A stretch of 64,000 bases of DNA, taken from the NCBI GenBank assembly GCA_002269645.1, contig NIVC01001674.1:62001-126000 (forward strand). The letters are read 5' to 3'. Below, piece after piece: positions 42,550-53,085 of the stretch (position 1 is its first letter; each line of letters starts with the position of its first letter). Position numbers and translations under genes: made by a program. A model generated the notes under the pieces. The model saw only the letters and a program-made list of their open reading frames with translations, had not been told where the DNA came from and made no database searches. This stretch comes from Macrostomum lignano (Eukaryota).

Positions 42550-45332
42550 ATTTATATAAGTTTGCATAACTGGTTTATAACGTACTTTGTTTTGTTGCTC
42601 AATATTAACTAGCGTATAATTATAATAAATTGCCGCATCGTCATAAGAGTTCGCCGCTCTGATTCAGCACCTCTCGATTTAAAATTCCAATTATGATTTT
42701 CGGTTATTCATTTCATTACATACCGTAAAAAAGTCCAGACGCTCTTTCAAATACCATATTTAATACAAATATTCGTAACTTGTATTCATTCATCATTTAA
42801 AAGTATCCAACCTTTTGAAGAAGAATTAAATACATCGACTTATATTGGCCAAAGAGGCTTTTTGCCTGAGCCAAACTTACCAACTACTACTTCTAAATCT
42901 TGTTTTTTCTCCGCCCCCACCAGGCCCACCTCACTATTTTTTTGACATGCCAGATCCTGATGCATTAAACATATAAGTATAACATCTTGACTTAACAATA
43001 TGCAAGAGACGAGGTGAGTACTAATGCCTGTTGCATTTTTTAGTTTCATTATATGATTATATACAGTGTTTTCTTTTGTAGATAGCACTAATTTATTTAA
43101 CTAATATTAAAATTATAATTAACTGTTAGACTCTTTAGTCTAGACTGATTATTTTGTAAGGCCTATGTTATGTATTTATTAATTTTGGCCCAAGGCCCCA
43201 ACTTTATCATAGTCAGGAATCAGGATCCCATATTGCGGAAGGTTTTCTGTGTACGCTGGACACATTTTTATTAAATTTTCAATTGTACGCCAACAGATTT
43301 TAAATGTACGCCAACTTAAAAATGGTAAAAAAATCAGCGAATGTTTAAATTTAAATTTAAAATACAAAAAATTGATAACGACATGATGATTGTCATGACA
43401 ACTCCGGTAATTAAAATGATTGATATATGAGAAAATAGTAGCAGAAAAAATGGTTTTTGAAATAACTTAACACAGAAAAAGCACAAAAAATTATTTATAT
43501 TAATTTCTATGCTAGTCACATACACGACACCGTATACCACCAGGGTTTTTTGTGTGCAGAGTGTGTGTATGCACCCTAAATTTTAAAGTCGCACCCTGAA
43601 ATTAAAAAAGTAGATGCAGTTTAGGTGTGGTCTTATAACCATTTTTCTTTAAAGGCTTAACCATGCTTAAGCTATTTTTCATGCATTGCCTTAAAATATG
43701 AAACAAAATAACTCTTTAAATCCTATTAAGTCATATAGGCGATATAGCCTATGGTAGGGGTTCCAATGAGGTTTGTGAAATATGTCCCAAAACATGAAAA
43801 ACATGAAAATGTGTCCTACGTAGAATGAAGAAAAAGGTACTAAATTACAAATTATAAATTATAATAGAAACTAGACAAATTATACTTTCCAAAATGTGTT
43901 GAACCTTCTATGTGTCACAAAATGTATGACATAAGAAAAAAGTAATACGTGTCGAAAGTTACCACAAAAAGTGTCACAAATACGAAATGAAGCCCATAGT
44001 CAGGAAGGTGTCCAGTGTATGCCGGAATGAAAATTAAGAAAAAATGTTGTGTACGCCAAAATTGAAAAGCCCTAAAAAAGCGCTTTTTGACGTACGCCAA
44101 AATTGAATAGCCCAAAAAAGCGTACGCCAAAATTGAGGACCCAAAAAATGCTGCAATTTACAGATTTAAAATTTACATATTAATTACCCATTAAAAAGTT
44201 CATTTGTTTTCAGACAACGATTCTGACAGAGACTTATCGGCTCCGACGAATGGACACCGATTACCCTGTTCCCGGCGCCAATCAATCATTTTGATAGATT
44301 CATACTTCTTGCGAGCGCAGGCTTTGGGGTCGAAGAAGAGTGGTCCACGGTGTTGCCGCAAGCTTCTTTGACTGTCGCCAGTGTAATAAAGTTTCGCAGC
44401 TTGTCCCAAGAGTCGCTCATTGGCACTGGTACCCACTGGCGGCAGCATCCAGCGTAGCTTCGTTCTTACCTCGAGCGTGTCATTGAGCTGACCGCCGATT
44501 TTTTGCTGCGAGCGCATTGTCACGTAGTAGGATTCGACAATCGCTTCTAAAAAAACGAAAGTTTCCATAATTACAAAGTATTAAAATTCTGCATACCTAA
44601 AACTTTTCAGACTAGCTCATGCTCACCTGTGCCGCCGCGGTGAAGAGCAAAGTCGAGCAACAGACACGTGGCTTGACCAGCGCGGGAATAAACCCGAGGG
44701 TCCTTGTAAAAAGCCGCGTATACTGCTGACTCGTTAAGCGTGGCGCAGACAGACTCGCCTGGCTCTGTAGTCAGTCGCAGTCGAAGCGCCAGATCGCCTG
44801 ACTTGCGGGGTTCCGCAGAGACCTTAATAATGCGACCCTGTACAGCAGGTGTGAGCCAGTTATCTCGGCCGTCGCCTGAGATGAATGCCTCATGAATAGT
44901 CGTGATAAAAGCCTCCAAATACTTCCGTGATAGGGACGACTTCACGTGCGGTGCGAGATGCTCGTGCTTTTCAGCAAGGCGGACGAGGTGCTTCATCTCA
45001 ACGGCATGAGTTGCATTCTCGACTGCCTCTTCGATGTCCTCGGCAGTCAACAGGCTAACGGCAGATGCTGCATCCAGGACAATTGACGGATCCCTGACGC
45101 AGCATTTCTCCAATCGCGCAAGAAAGGAGCGGTGCAGGCTTGAAGCCAACTGGACTAGGTCCTGGAGAGAATTATAAATATATATAAGTGCGTTAATACA
45201 CTAATCATGACATGACAGAAGTTTATACTTTTACACAGTAGCGGTGCTAAAACTCAGAGTTAAAAATTACCTGCTCCATATCCTGGGACTCTCGGAGTTG
45301 CCAGTCGACCCTGCTGCTTGGCCTACCGGTGC

Positions 45333-46204
45333 TATAGCGCTTCAAGTTTATGTCTCTTCTTCTTCACTTGTAGTTTTCCTATAGTTTGTCTAGCGGTTTA
45401 TTGCAGTCTAAAAGTCTTGAAGGCTATAACTCCTAACGACTATCGAAGCTCAGTATTTTGGCTGGTCGTAGTGATCTCTCTAGATCGTTATCGCTGATCC
45501 TACTTGAGAAAGAACACAAACACAATGATTTTCTAGTTTATCTAAACGGAACTCGAAGTGAGTCTATAATTAACCGGAGCGGTGAATCTTTTTCCGCGCT
45601 CCGCTCCGATATATATAGTGTTTTTAAAACCCCTCGATCCGAGGGGGAGATAATACCATAGCAACAGTACGCATGGGAATTTGGGGTGAGTGAGGTCGCA
45701 GCCTCGAGTCTAGTACAGTTATTGTCATTAAACTAGTTGGTTGGCAGGCACGCCAACCCCTTTCCTTTCATCGATCCCGCCTTCTTGTGCGGACTCGGCC
45801 TCCTCTCGATCTCGTTCCCGATCGGGTCCGGGCGGCTCCAGTTTCTGCTGGGTTGGGTCGATGCAGGCAGCTGCAGGTCGGGGTAGGCCGGGTTGATTCC
45901 GGGAGCTCCATGTCAGCACAGCTGCGTTCCGGTCTCGGGCCATTCCACGTCAGCACAGCTGCGGATCCGGTCTCCAGCAGCTCCACGTCAGCGCCTCTGC
46001 GGATCCGGTCTCGGCCAGCTCCACGTTGGCACAGCTGCTGTCATGCCGAACCGGGCCTGCGCTGAAATGAATAGTTGATCTCTGGGGGCAGATTTTGTCT
46101 AATCATTCTCCTTTCGGTTGCTCGCACCTTCTGCTGTTGCTATTTTTAGTTTTAGTTACCAACTAATGCTCACTTAAATTCCATTCAGATTTCTAAGTCT
46201 TATA
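45333..46204 (-). repeat. 3' LTR
   Basis: About 99% identical to 57458-58329; TATATATA at 45610-45617; AATAAA (minus) at 45402-45397; four 37-38-bp U3 repeats. Confidence 0.97.
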
Positions 46205-46217
46205 TCATCCCCCTTTT
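46205..46217 (-). promoter_or_regulatory. Polypurine tract
   Basis: Minus strand AAAAGGGGGATGA directly abuts the 3' LTR. Confidence 0.85.
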
Positions 46218-46388
46218 GAAGAAATCCTTGACTGGTCAAGGGAGGTGTAGCCTATTGTCTTAATCGAGCTGCTAATCGGCTTACTACTAGTAGATCTGTG
46301 AACATATAAGACGTTTGAAATCTGATACTTGATGAAAACGAAATCAATAAATGTGTTTGACCTGCACCGTAGATAAATATAGTTTTAC

Positions 46389-46751
46389 TTATAAATTATA
46401 GACGTGCGGGTGGTAACCATCCAGTAGTGGCACCTGGTATTTGTCCCGGTAATGACGCCAGAAACAATCAATGGTGGGCCACTTCCTGGTGGCGGGCTCG
46501 GGCCGATACGTGGTCTCTGGTGGCCACGTGCCTTGTACTTGTCTTGTGGGGTAAAAATCCTCTAGGTAGCATTCTCGCAGGTCGGTTGTCGACGTGGCGA
46601 CCGTCAGGCCGCCATCAATCTCCTCCTCGGCCACCTGAGTGCTCGCGTCGGCCTTCAGGACCGGCCGCCCCCGGATGTCCACGTCAACAAACTTCTGGCC
46701 GGGGCGGCGGTCGTAGTCTCGGTTGGCCATCGCGCTGGAAAGGTTGTCCAA
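46389..46751 (-). CDS. Putative accessory ORF of the LTR element
   Basis: 120-aa frame (TTG start; first ATG at MANRDYD) in element sense just upstream of the PPT; no domain recognised. Confidence 0.35.
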   Translation of the reverse strand: MDNLSSAMANRDYDRRPGQKFVDVDIRGRPVLKADASTQVAEEEIDGGLTVATSTTDLRECYLEDFYPTRQVQGTWPPETTYRPEPATRKWPTIDCFWRHYRDKYQVPLLDGYHPHVYNL

Positions 46752-47000
46752 TATAGGTGGCTTTCCTAGGCGTTTTTCTTTTATTCCTTAGGTTATTCTC
46801 CAGGTCTTCCTCGAATTGCTAAACTGTCTACTGTTAGTGAGTCTGTGAATATATAAAACGGTGAAATCTGAGATTGATCCCGTTATTTAATCCCTACTGG
46901 ATATGATATATTAGTGTAATTAATAAACATGGCCAGTTAGTTTTTTTTTCATTATTTAAGCGTCCTGTATGCTGCGCCAGGCTTCAACTTGATATTGGAG

Positions 47001-47261
47001 TCAGTTGCGCCACCAGGCCAGTCGCCCCGACGCCCAAGCCTTGGCTTGGCGAGCGGCGCTACGGATGACGCATTTCATCCAATAGCCCCGACGCCTTGTG
47101 GCCGATGGTGTGTCGTCGGGCCAACTTTCCTCCACGAACCTCTCCAGCTCCATTAATATTCCCACCAGCCGGACCCACCTGCGGTTGTTCATCTCCGTCT
47201 GGTGGATGACGGACTGTTGAGTTCGCATGGTCCCGATGAGTGGGATGTTGACTGTGTTCAT
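47001..47261 (-). CDS. Putative small accessory ORF of the LTR element
   Basis: 86 aa, ATG start, element sense; no domain recognised. Confidence 0.3.
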   Translation of the reverse strand: MNTVNIPLIGTMRTQQSVIHQTEMNNRRWVRLVGILMELERFVEESWPDDTPSATRRRGYWMKCVIRSAARQAKAWASGRLAWWRN

Positions 47262-47951
47262 TGCTAGAAATTTGGATAATGTTTCGGATTCCAGTTTGAA
47301 TGTTATATTTTTGTCTTTTAATCCTACGTTCTCTGTGGCATACTTGTTGCTACTACCTATCTATTGTGATTGATGTTTAAGTTCAATTGAAATGAAGTTA
47401 AACAGAGATAAGTTATGAGATTTTCCAAAAAACCGAAACCAAAATACGATGTATTGATTGCGAATATACGTTCCTTGAGATCTCAAGTGAGTAATAACAT
47501 TTCTGGGACTCTCAGGACAATAACATGACTTAATTCATAGTGTTGTAATGGTTATAGCAGTGTGTCATGTGGTTGTGATTTGCTGGTGCTAGTACGTGTC
47601 GTAGTGAATAAACGTGTCGGAATGAATAATGAATTTGCATATAATAAATACGTGTGCCTCATCATGGAATTCGGTGAAGCCTTGTCTTTGCCTTTCTTCG
47701 CTATTCTAAGCTTGAGTTCACATTGATTGATGGGCCTGGCTTTCCCTAGTTCACTGGTCCGATTGTTCGAGATGTGAATCACCTCCCAACTTTCTTTTAG
47801 TGAACTGGGTTCTGCTTTAAGGATTGCACATTGAGTGAGAGTGCCACAAGGATAGGACGTCCAATCGAATCGTCTTTTCTGTCCTATCGTTGCGTCAGTG
47901 TCTCAGCTCTCGTGTCTCCTTATGCCCCTAACACTTCCGGTCCCTAAGTTC

Positions 47952-48716
47952 CTACTGAGAAGCGGTGGCTTGCGAAGCTTCCAGTGCCATTTTTAGTTGT
48001 GGCCACTGGAGCAGCGCCGGTGAATAAGTGTGGATTACTCGCTTCTCTGCTTCCTGGTTGCTGATACGAATTCCATGATAATTCAACGCTTTACACAGAT
48101 GCTTGGATAACGTGGTGCATATCGCATTGGGTGGTGGGCCCCACGGATGGATCAGATTGACAGCTAGATTATGGCAGAGAACCTTGACTATGACACAGGT
48201 AAAAGCGTCTTGTTCCCCGTAGTGAAAGAAAATTGTTGTTCGGTTACGGAGGATGTTATAGTCCGAGAGGAGCCAGAGTGGGTTATTTTCGTCGGCCAGG
48301 ATGCGCGCTGTTGTTAGGTGCGTCACTACATTGGCTGGGATTCGTGGCGCATCCAGCATGTCCAGGTGAATGTCAAATAGTTTCATCTCACCATGCCGAT
48401 TAGGCTTGCTCTGGATGGACTGTCTGTCCATAAGGTTGTGTAGCATCATGAAGGACAGATCTTTTTCTTCCCGTCTGTAGCTCTCTCTCATTACTGTTGG
48501 GCACAGCGATCGTCCGTGTCTAGATCTTCTGATCTCCCATTGGGTTTGGAGATGTCGCCGTTGCTGTTCGGTGGCGGCGCTGTTCCTAATGTTCATCTCC
48601 TTCCCGACTGCCGTGCTTGGTTCTGCCGACGCAAACAATGGCTTGACCAATGTGTAGGTCGTAAGCGGCTCATCGATGGCGCAATCATCCACTGTGTCTA
48701 GCTCCGTCGAATACAT
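47952..48716 (-). CDS. Accessory ORF of the LTR element, 254 aa, unknown function
   Basis: ATG start 170 bp after the pol stop; element sense; complex composition; intact. Confidence 0.6.
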   Translation of the reverse strand: MYSTELDTVDDCAIDEPLTTYTLVKPLFASAEPSTAVGKEMNIRNSAATEQQRRHLQTQWEIRRSRHGRSLCPTVMRESYRREEKDLSFMMLHNLMDRQSIQSKPNRHGEMKLFDIHLDMLDAPRIPANVVTHLTTARILADENNPLWLLSDYNILRNRTTIFFHYGEQDAFTCVIVKVLCHNLAVNLIHPWGPPPNAICTTLSKHLCKALNYHGIRISNQEAEKRVIHTYSPALLQWPQLKMALEASQATASQ

Positions 48717-48885
48717 CTGATTGTTCGAGGGTGGGTTGAATATTTGTGGGTGAATAAATGGTGACTAGTGATGCAGAGTAATATAAAATATATAATTCTA
48801 AATATCAGAGCGCACACCAACAAGGAAATAAATAGTTAAAATGTAAGATTGTCCGTCTACTTCCTCCCTTCCTTGACCTCAGCTG

Positions 48886-51800
48886 TCAAGGAAGTTTCAC
48901 TTTGTTCCTCAGATTGTATTTCTTCCGAGCCGTGTCCGCCTGCGCGTCCAGCTCCTCTGCCTGCACGCTCACTTCCTTAGTGAATCGCTGCCTTGGCTGT
49001 CGCTGGTGGCGCTGTGGGTCGCTCGGTCTGAGGTCAGGAAGCATCACATGTGGTGTTGACGTGGCCATTGGTTTCAGCCTGTCGGTGTGCTGAAAGGACT
49101 CCTGATTTGGGTCGTCAATTTTCCGGATTGTGACTGAAGTCTGGCTGCTCCTCTTCACAATCTCATAGGGTCCTGTAAATTTTGCCTGGTGCTTTCCCTG
49201 TCTCATGGGGATCTGTAGCATAACTCTACTGCCTACTTCCAATGTAGTCAGCTTGCGATTAGCATTAGCTTTTCCGGTATTCTTCTCTTGAGCTATCTGC
49301 AGGTGATGTCTCGCTATTTCCCTGGCTAGTACGACGGCTTCTTTCATCCTGGCTGCGAATGATGGCTCGTCCATGTACTTTACCAAGTTCAACTGAGTCG
49401 TGAGTTGAGTGGGCATCAGAGGTCTCCGGGCAAAGACTAACTCGAATGGAGAGTAGGTCGACGATGCTTGCTTTGCTGTGTTGTAGGCGAACATCGTTGC
49501 CTGCAGGTACTTGTGCCACTGGTCCGGATTCTCGGCTGTGTAGTGGCGTAACATGTTGTGGAGTGTAGAATGCAGTCGTTCCACATGATTCGCTCGAGGG
49601 TTATATGGGGATGTCAAGATATGTTTGATCCCCAGGATTTCTAAGGCTTCGGCTAGTAGAGTTGCTGTGAAGTTCTTTCCATTGTCCGTGGACATCTCCA
49701 TCGGGATCCCAAAAGTACAGAACACTGTGAATAGTGTCTCGGCCGTCGTTTCAGCTGTGAGATCTGGGATCGGAATAGCGAATGCAAATTTCGAAAAACA
49801 ACAAAGGATTGTGAGAATGTGTGTTACTGTTTCATTTCTCACTTTAGTGGGCACCATTGGACCCACTATGTCAACCGACAATTTGTCCATTGGTCGCATT
49901 GGGACCTCTGAAAACTGGATCAGTCCCTTATGGGTTTTTCCTGATTTATTCTTGGCGCACTCTATGCAGTTGTTACAGAATCCTCGGATGTCGGATACCA
50001 TGGTGATCCAAAAGTAGTGTCTACGGATTCTCTCCAAGGTTTTCTCAAATCCTAGATGTGCCGCTAATGGCAATGCGTGTAGTGAGTGGCAAATGGTCTC
50101 ACGATACTGAAACGGTAGGATGATCTGCTGTGTTTGATCCGCTGTTCTGTGTAGAACGCCTCCAATCTCCGCGTAGTCCGCCAGGTGTCTATCGATGTGG
50201 CGTCTGTACTTCGGAGCCAGTGATTCTACTGCGGATTCTCCGTTCCACATTGCTCGGATTTGCTGGCAAAATGGGTCTTCCGCCTGGGCGTCCTTAAGTG
50301 CTTGCAGGTGTGGGATTGGATGCGATATTGTAACATAATTGATTTGTTCCATTGGTTTCTCGTCGTATAATCTCGAGAGTGCGTCCGGTACTGCATGCGT
50401 GACTGATGCTCCAGGTACATATTTGATCTGTATCTGAAATTGCTGTAAGTATAGTAACCAACGCAAAATTTGGTTGTTCTGCAGTATTCTGCCTGTGAGT
50501 AAGCCTCTGAGTGGGGCGTGATCTACTCTCAGTAGTGTAGGTATGGGAGCAGCGTATAAGAACTGTTCGAAGTTTCTGAATGCATGGTAGACTGCTAGAA
50601 GTTCGAGATGAGTGATTCCGTACCTCGTTTCTGCATCTCTGAGTTGTCTACTCGTGAATGCTATCGGTCTCTCCCGTCCCATCTCATCTTTCTGCGAAAG
50701 CATCGCTCCTATTCCTTTAGTTGAGGCGTCACTCGAGACTATGAACTGTTTGTTGAAATCCGGATGTGCTAGCCTGAGATCCTCGGCTATCCATTTCTTC
50801 ATGGCCTCGAAAGTGTAGTCCGCTTCCTCGGTCCACTTTAGGTTGGTCTTCGTTGCTTGTCCTTTTGAGGTCGGTGCCCCTTTGAGCATATCCGTTAGCG
50901 GTTGTACTTTCTTAGCATAATGTGGGACATGCTTCCTAAAGAAATTACACAGTCCGAGGAATGCTCTTAACTGAGTCACATTATCAGGTTTGGTTACCTT
51001 CTGTACCTTGTCCACTAGAGTGCGGTCTATCTGGATGCCGTTCTGGTCGATCTTGTGTCCCAGGAAGGTAATGCTGGGTTGCGCGAATCGACATTTCTGG
51101 AGTTTCAGCTTTAATCCGTGCTTTTTCAAGGCTTCCAAGGTACTTTTGAGTGTCTTGAGGTGGTGCTCGAACGTTTCCGTGAATACTAGCAAATCGTCCA
51201 CGTATGTAGAGACTCTCTCGATACCTTTGAGGATGATGCTGGCAGCCCTAGACAAAGCGGCCGGGCTCGACTGTAATCCCATCGGCGCCCTTAAGAAGAC
51301 TAGAGTTTCTCCGTCCGGTGTAGAAATTCCGCAGTACTTTCTACTGTCCTCGTGCAGGGCCACTTGAAAGAATGCCTGGGCCATGTCTAGAGTCGTGAAG
51401 TACTTTGATCCTTTGAGTTTGGCCAGCAGATCTGGAATTCTGGGCATACACTGTCTCTCGGGGACCAACAACCGGTTTAAGTCCCTGAAGTCCACGCACA
51501 GGCGATACACCGGTTTGGCGTCTGGCAACTCCGATTTTTTCTTAACGAGGAGAATTGGTGAAATGTACGGTGTCGGTGCTTTCATGAGAATCCCCTGCAT
51601 CTCCATTCTGTCTATCACCTTCTTCAGTTCTCCTGTAAGCTGGTGTGGAATCGGATATCTCTTATTCAGCTTCACTTCCACATTCGGTTTTATGTGGAGT
51701 TCGTGTTTCGCTATTTCTGTAAAGCCTATCTCATCATCTGAGAGACAAAATGCTTCCTTGTTCTCCCAGAGGATCTCTCTTAGTCGTTCTTTCTGCTCTG

Positions 51801-53085
51801 CTGTTATCTCGGCTCCCTGCAGATTAATCGCTTCTCTAAATTCTGTCTCTTTCATTGCCGGTGCCTGTTCCTGATTCACCGCTATTTCATATGTCTCTAT
51901 CTCTGTCTCATACGAACCTATGGCTGTATCCGGGTACAGGGTGATAGGTCTGGCTGATTCGTTAGATATGAGAACGTGTATCTCTCCCTTCTCGTCCGGA
52001 TGAACTATCTCCTGAGTCAGACCTATCGCCTTCTTCTCGACGATACTCCTGTCTGGCTCGAAAAGTACCGTGTCAGGCAATTCCTCCTTTGAGTCGGTTC
52101 TAGCTGTAATTTGAGCTGTTTCCCATGGATTCAGGTTTACCACGGAAACTAGTCTGATCTTATTTGTGGCTTCTTGGGCGGCGACGGTCATGATTTCATA
52201 CGATCTGCCATTTAACTGCATCTGTTGCTGTTGGTAATTGATAGACATTCCCTCCTGCAACTGACTTAGGTAATCAATTCCCAGGAGTGCATGGTATCTC
52301 CCAGAGCTCAAGTTAGGAATGACATGAAACTTAACGTTGACGATTGCGTTTCCTGCTTCGACTGGTAACGTGATCATTCCGGATTGCGTGAGCTTTCCTC
52401 CGTGTACTCCTTGTAGCTCTGTCGTCGGCTTCTCGAAGCTGTCACTGTATCGGCGCGCCGTCGCTTCGTCTATCAGCGACCTCTCTGCTCCGCTGTCTAT
52501 CAGCGCTCTACCGACTCGCGTGCCTATCTTCAGTCGCGTCACCGTGTACTTCTGGCCATTCGTAATTGCTGCCACTATCGGCGGTGGCCATGAGCTGATC
52601 GTCGGATAGATTGATGAAGCCAGTGGAGCAGACGGAATCATCGGTTGATGCTGTTCCGTATTTGTGGCTGGTGCCTCTGGTGCTGGGCGGCGTGGGCCCG
52701 TGTGTCTGTAGCTAGTGTCCGTGCTTGGCTGTACTAACAATTCGTGTTGTTCTCGCGTCGCCTTTATCCGTCTTTGAATGGCCCGAATTCCTGGTCGCTC
52801 GTACTTTTTCCGATAGAGCCTGTGACAAACTATTATGGTTTTGAGTATGATGTAGAAGTATACACAGAGAGCGGCAGCTCCAACGGCTATGTTGAAAATA
52901 TTGAGTTTTATGCCTATCCACGGCATCCAAGATGCGAAGTCATAAGTTTTGAGGGCTATGTTTGCTTCCAATGGTGGGAGGTCGAGCGTCTGTGAAGTCT
53001 TCTGCTTTGGTAGTTTAAATACCGTTCTCAGAAATTCTCTCTGGTCCTTCATCTGCGTGTACAGATCGTGCACTGTAATTGGCCT
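48886..53085 (-). CDS. pol: Env C-terminus/TM anchor fused in frame to Pol (protease, RT, RNase H, integrase)
   Basis: TM IFNIAVGAAALCVYFYIILKTIIVC followed by basic HRLYRKK; PR LIDSGAE; RT YRLCVDFRDLN, LDMAQAF, PMGL, YVDDLLV; RH SDASTKGIGAML; IN HHCC finger, SVDIVGP, STDNG, VERLHSTL, GPY. Confidence 0.97.
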   Translation of the reverse strand, partial: RPITVHDLYTQMKDQREFLRTVFKLPKQKTSQTLDLPPLEANIALKTYDFASWMPWIGIKLNIFNIAVGAAALCVYFYIILKTIIVCHRLYRKKYERPGIRAIQRRIKATREQHELLVQPSTDTSYRHTGPRRPAPEAPATNTEQHQPMIPSAPLASSIYPTISSWPPPIVAAITNGQKYTVTRLKIGTRVGRALIDSGAERSLIDEATARRYSDSFEKPTTELQGVHGGKLTQSGMITLPVEAGNAIVNVKFHVIPNLSSGRYHALLGIDYLSQLQEGMSINYQQQQMQLNGRSYEIMTVAAQEATNKIRLVSVVNLNPWETAQITARTDSKEELPDTVLFEPDRSIVEKKAIGLTQEIVHPDEKGEIHVLISNESARPITLYPDTAIGSYETEIETYEIAVNQEQAPAMKETEFREAINLQGAEITAEQKERLREILWENKEAFCLSDDEIGFTEIAKHELHIKPNVEVKLNKRYPIPHQLTGELKKVIDRMEMQGILMKAPTPYISPILLVKKKSELPDAKPVYRLCVDFRDLNRLLVPERQCMPRIPDLLAKLKGSKYFTTLDMAQAFFQVALHEDSRKYCGISTPDGETLVFLRAPMGLQSSPAALSRAASIILKGIERVSTYVDDLLVFTETFEHHLKTLKSTLEALKKHGLKLKLQKCRFAQPSITFLGHKIDQNGIQIDRTLVDKVQKVTKPDNVTQLRAFLGLCNFFRKHVPHYAKKVQPLTDMLKGAPTSKGQATKTNLKWTEEADYTFEAMKKWIAEDLRLAHPDFNKQFIVSSDASTKGIGAMLSQKDEMGRERPIAFTSRQLRDAETRYGITHLELLAVYHAFRNFEQFLYAAPIPTLLRVDHAPLRGLLTGRILQNNQILRWLLYLQQFQIQIKYVPGASVTHAVPDALSRLYDEKPMEQINYVTISHPIPHLQALKDAQAEDPFCQQIRAMWNGESAVESLAPKYRRHIDRHLADYAEIGGVLHRTADQTQQIILPFQYRETICHSLHALPLAAHLGFEKTLERIRRHYFWITMVSDIRGFCNNCIECAKNKSGKTHKGLIQFSEVPMRPMDKLSVDIVGPMVPTKVRNETVTHILTILCCFSKFAFAIPIPDLTAETTAETLFTVFCTFGIPMEMSTDNGKNFTATLLAEALEILGIKHILTSPYNPRANHVERLHSTLHNMLRHYTAENPDQWHKYLQATMFAYNTAKQASSTYSPFELVFARRPLMPTQLTTQLNLVKYMDEPSFAARMKEAVVLAREIARHHLQIAQEKNTGKANANRKLTTLEVGSRVMLQIPMRQGKHQAKFTGPYEIVKRSSQTSVTIRKIDDPNQESFQHTDRLKPMATSTPHVMLPDLRPSDPQRHQRQPRQRFTKEVSVQAEELDAQADTARKKYNLRNKVKLP

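Noticed and set aside
45458-46078. Small ORFs duplicated at 57853-58203
   Set aside because: They lie within the LTRs and arise from GC-rich U3 repeats.
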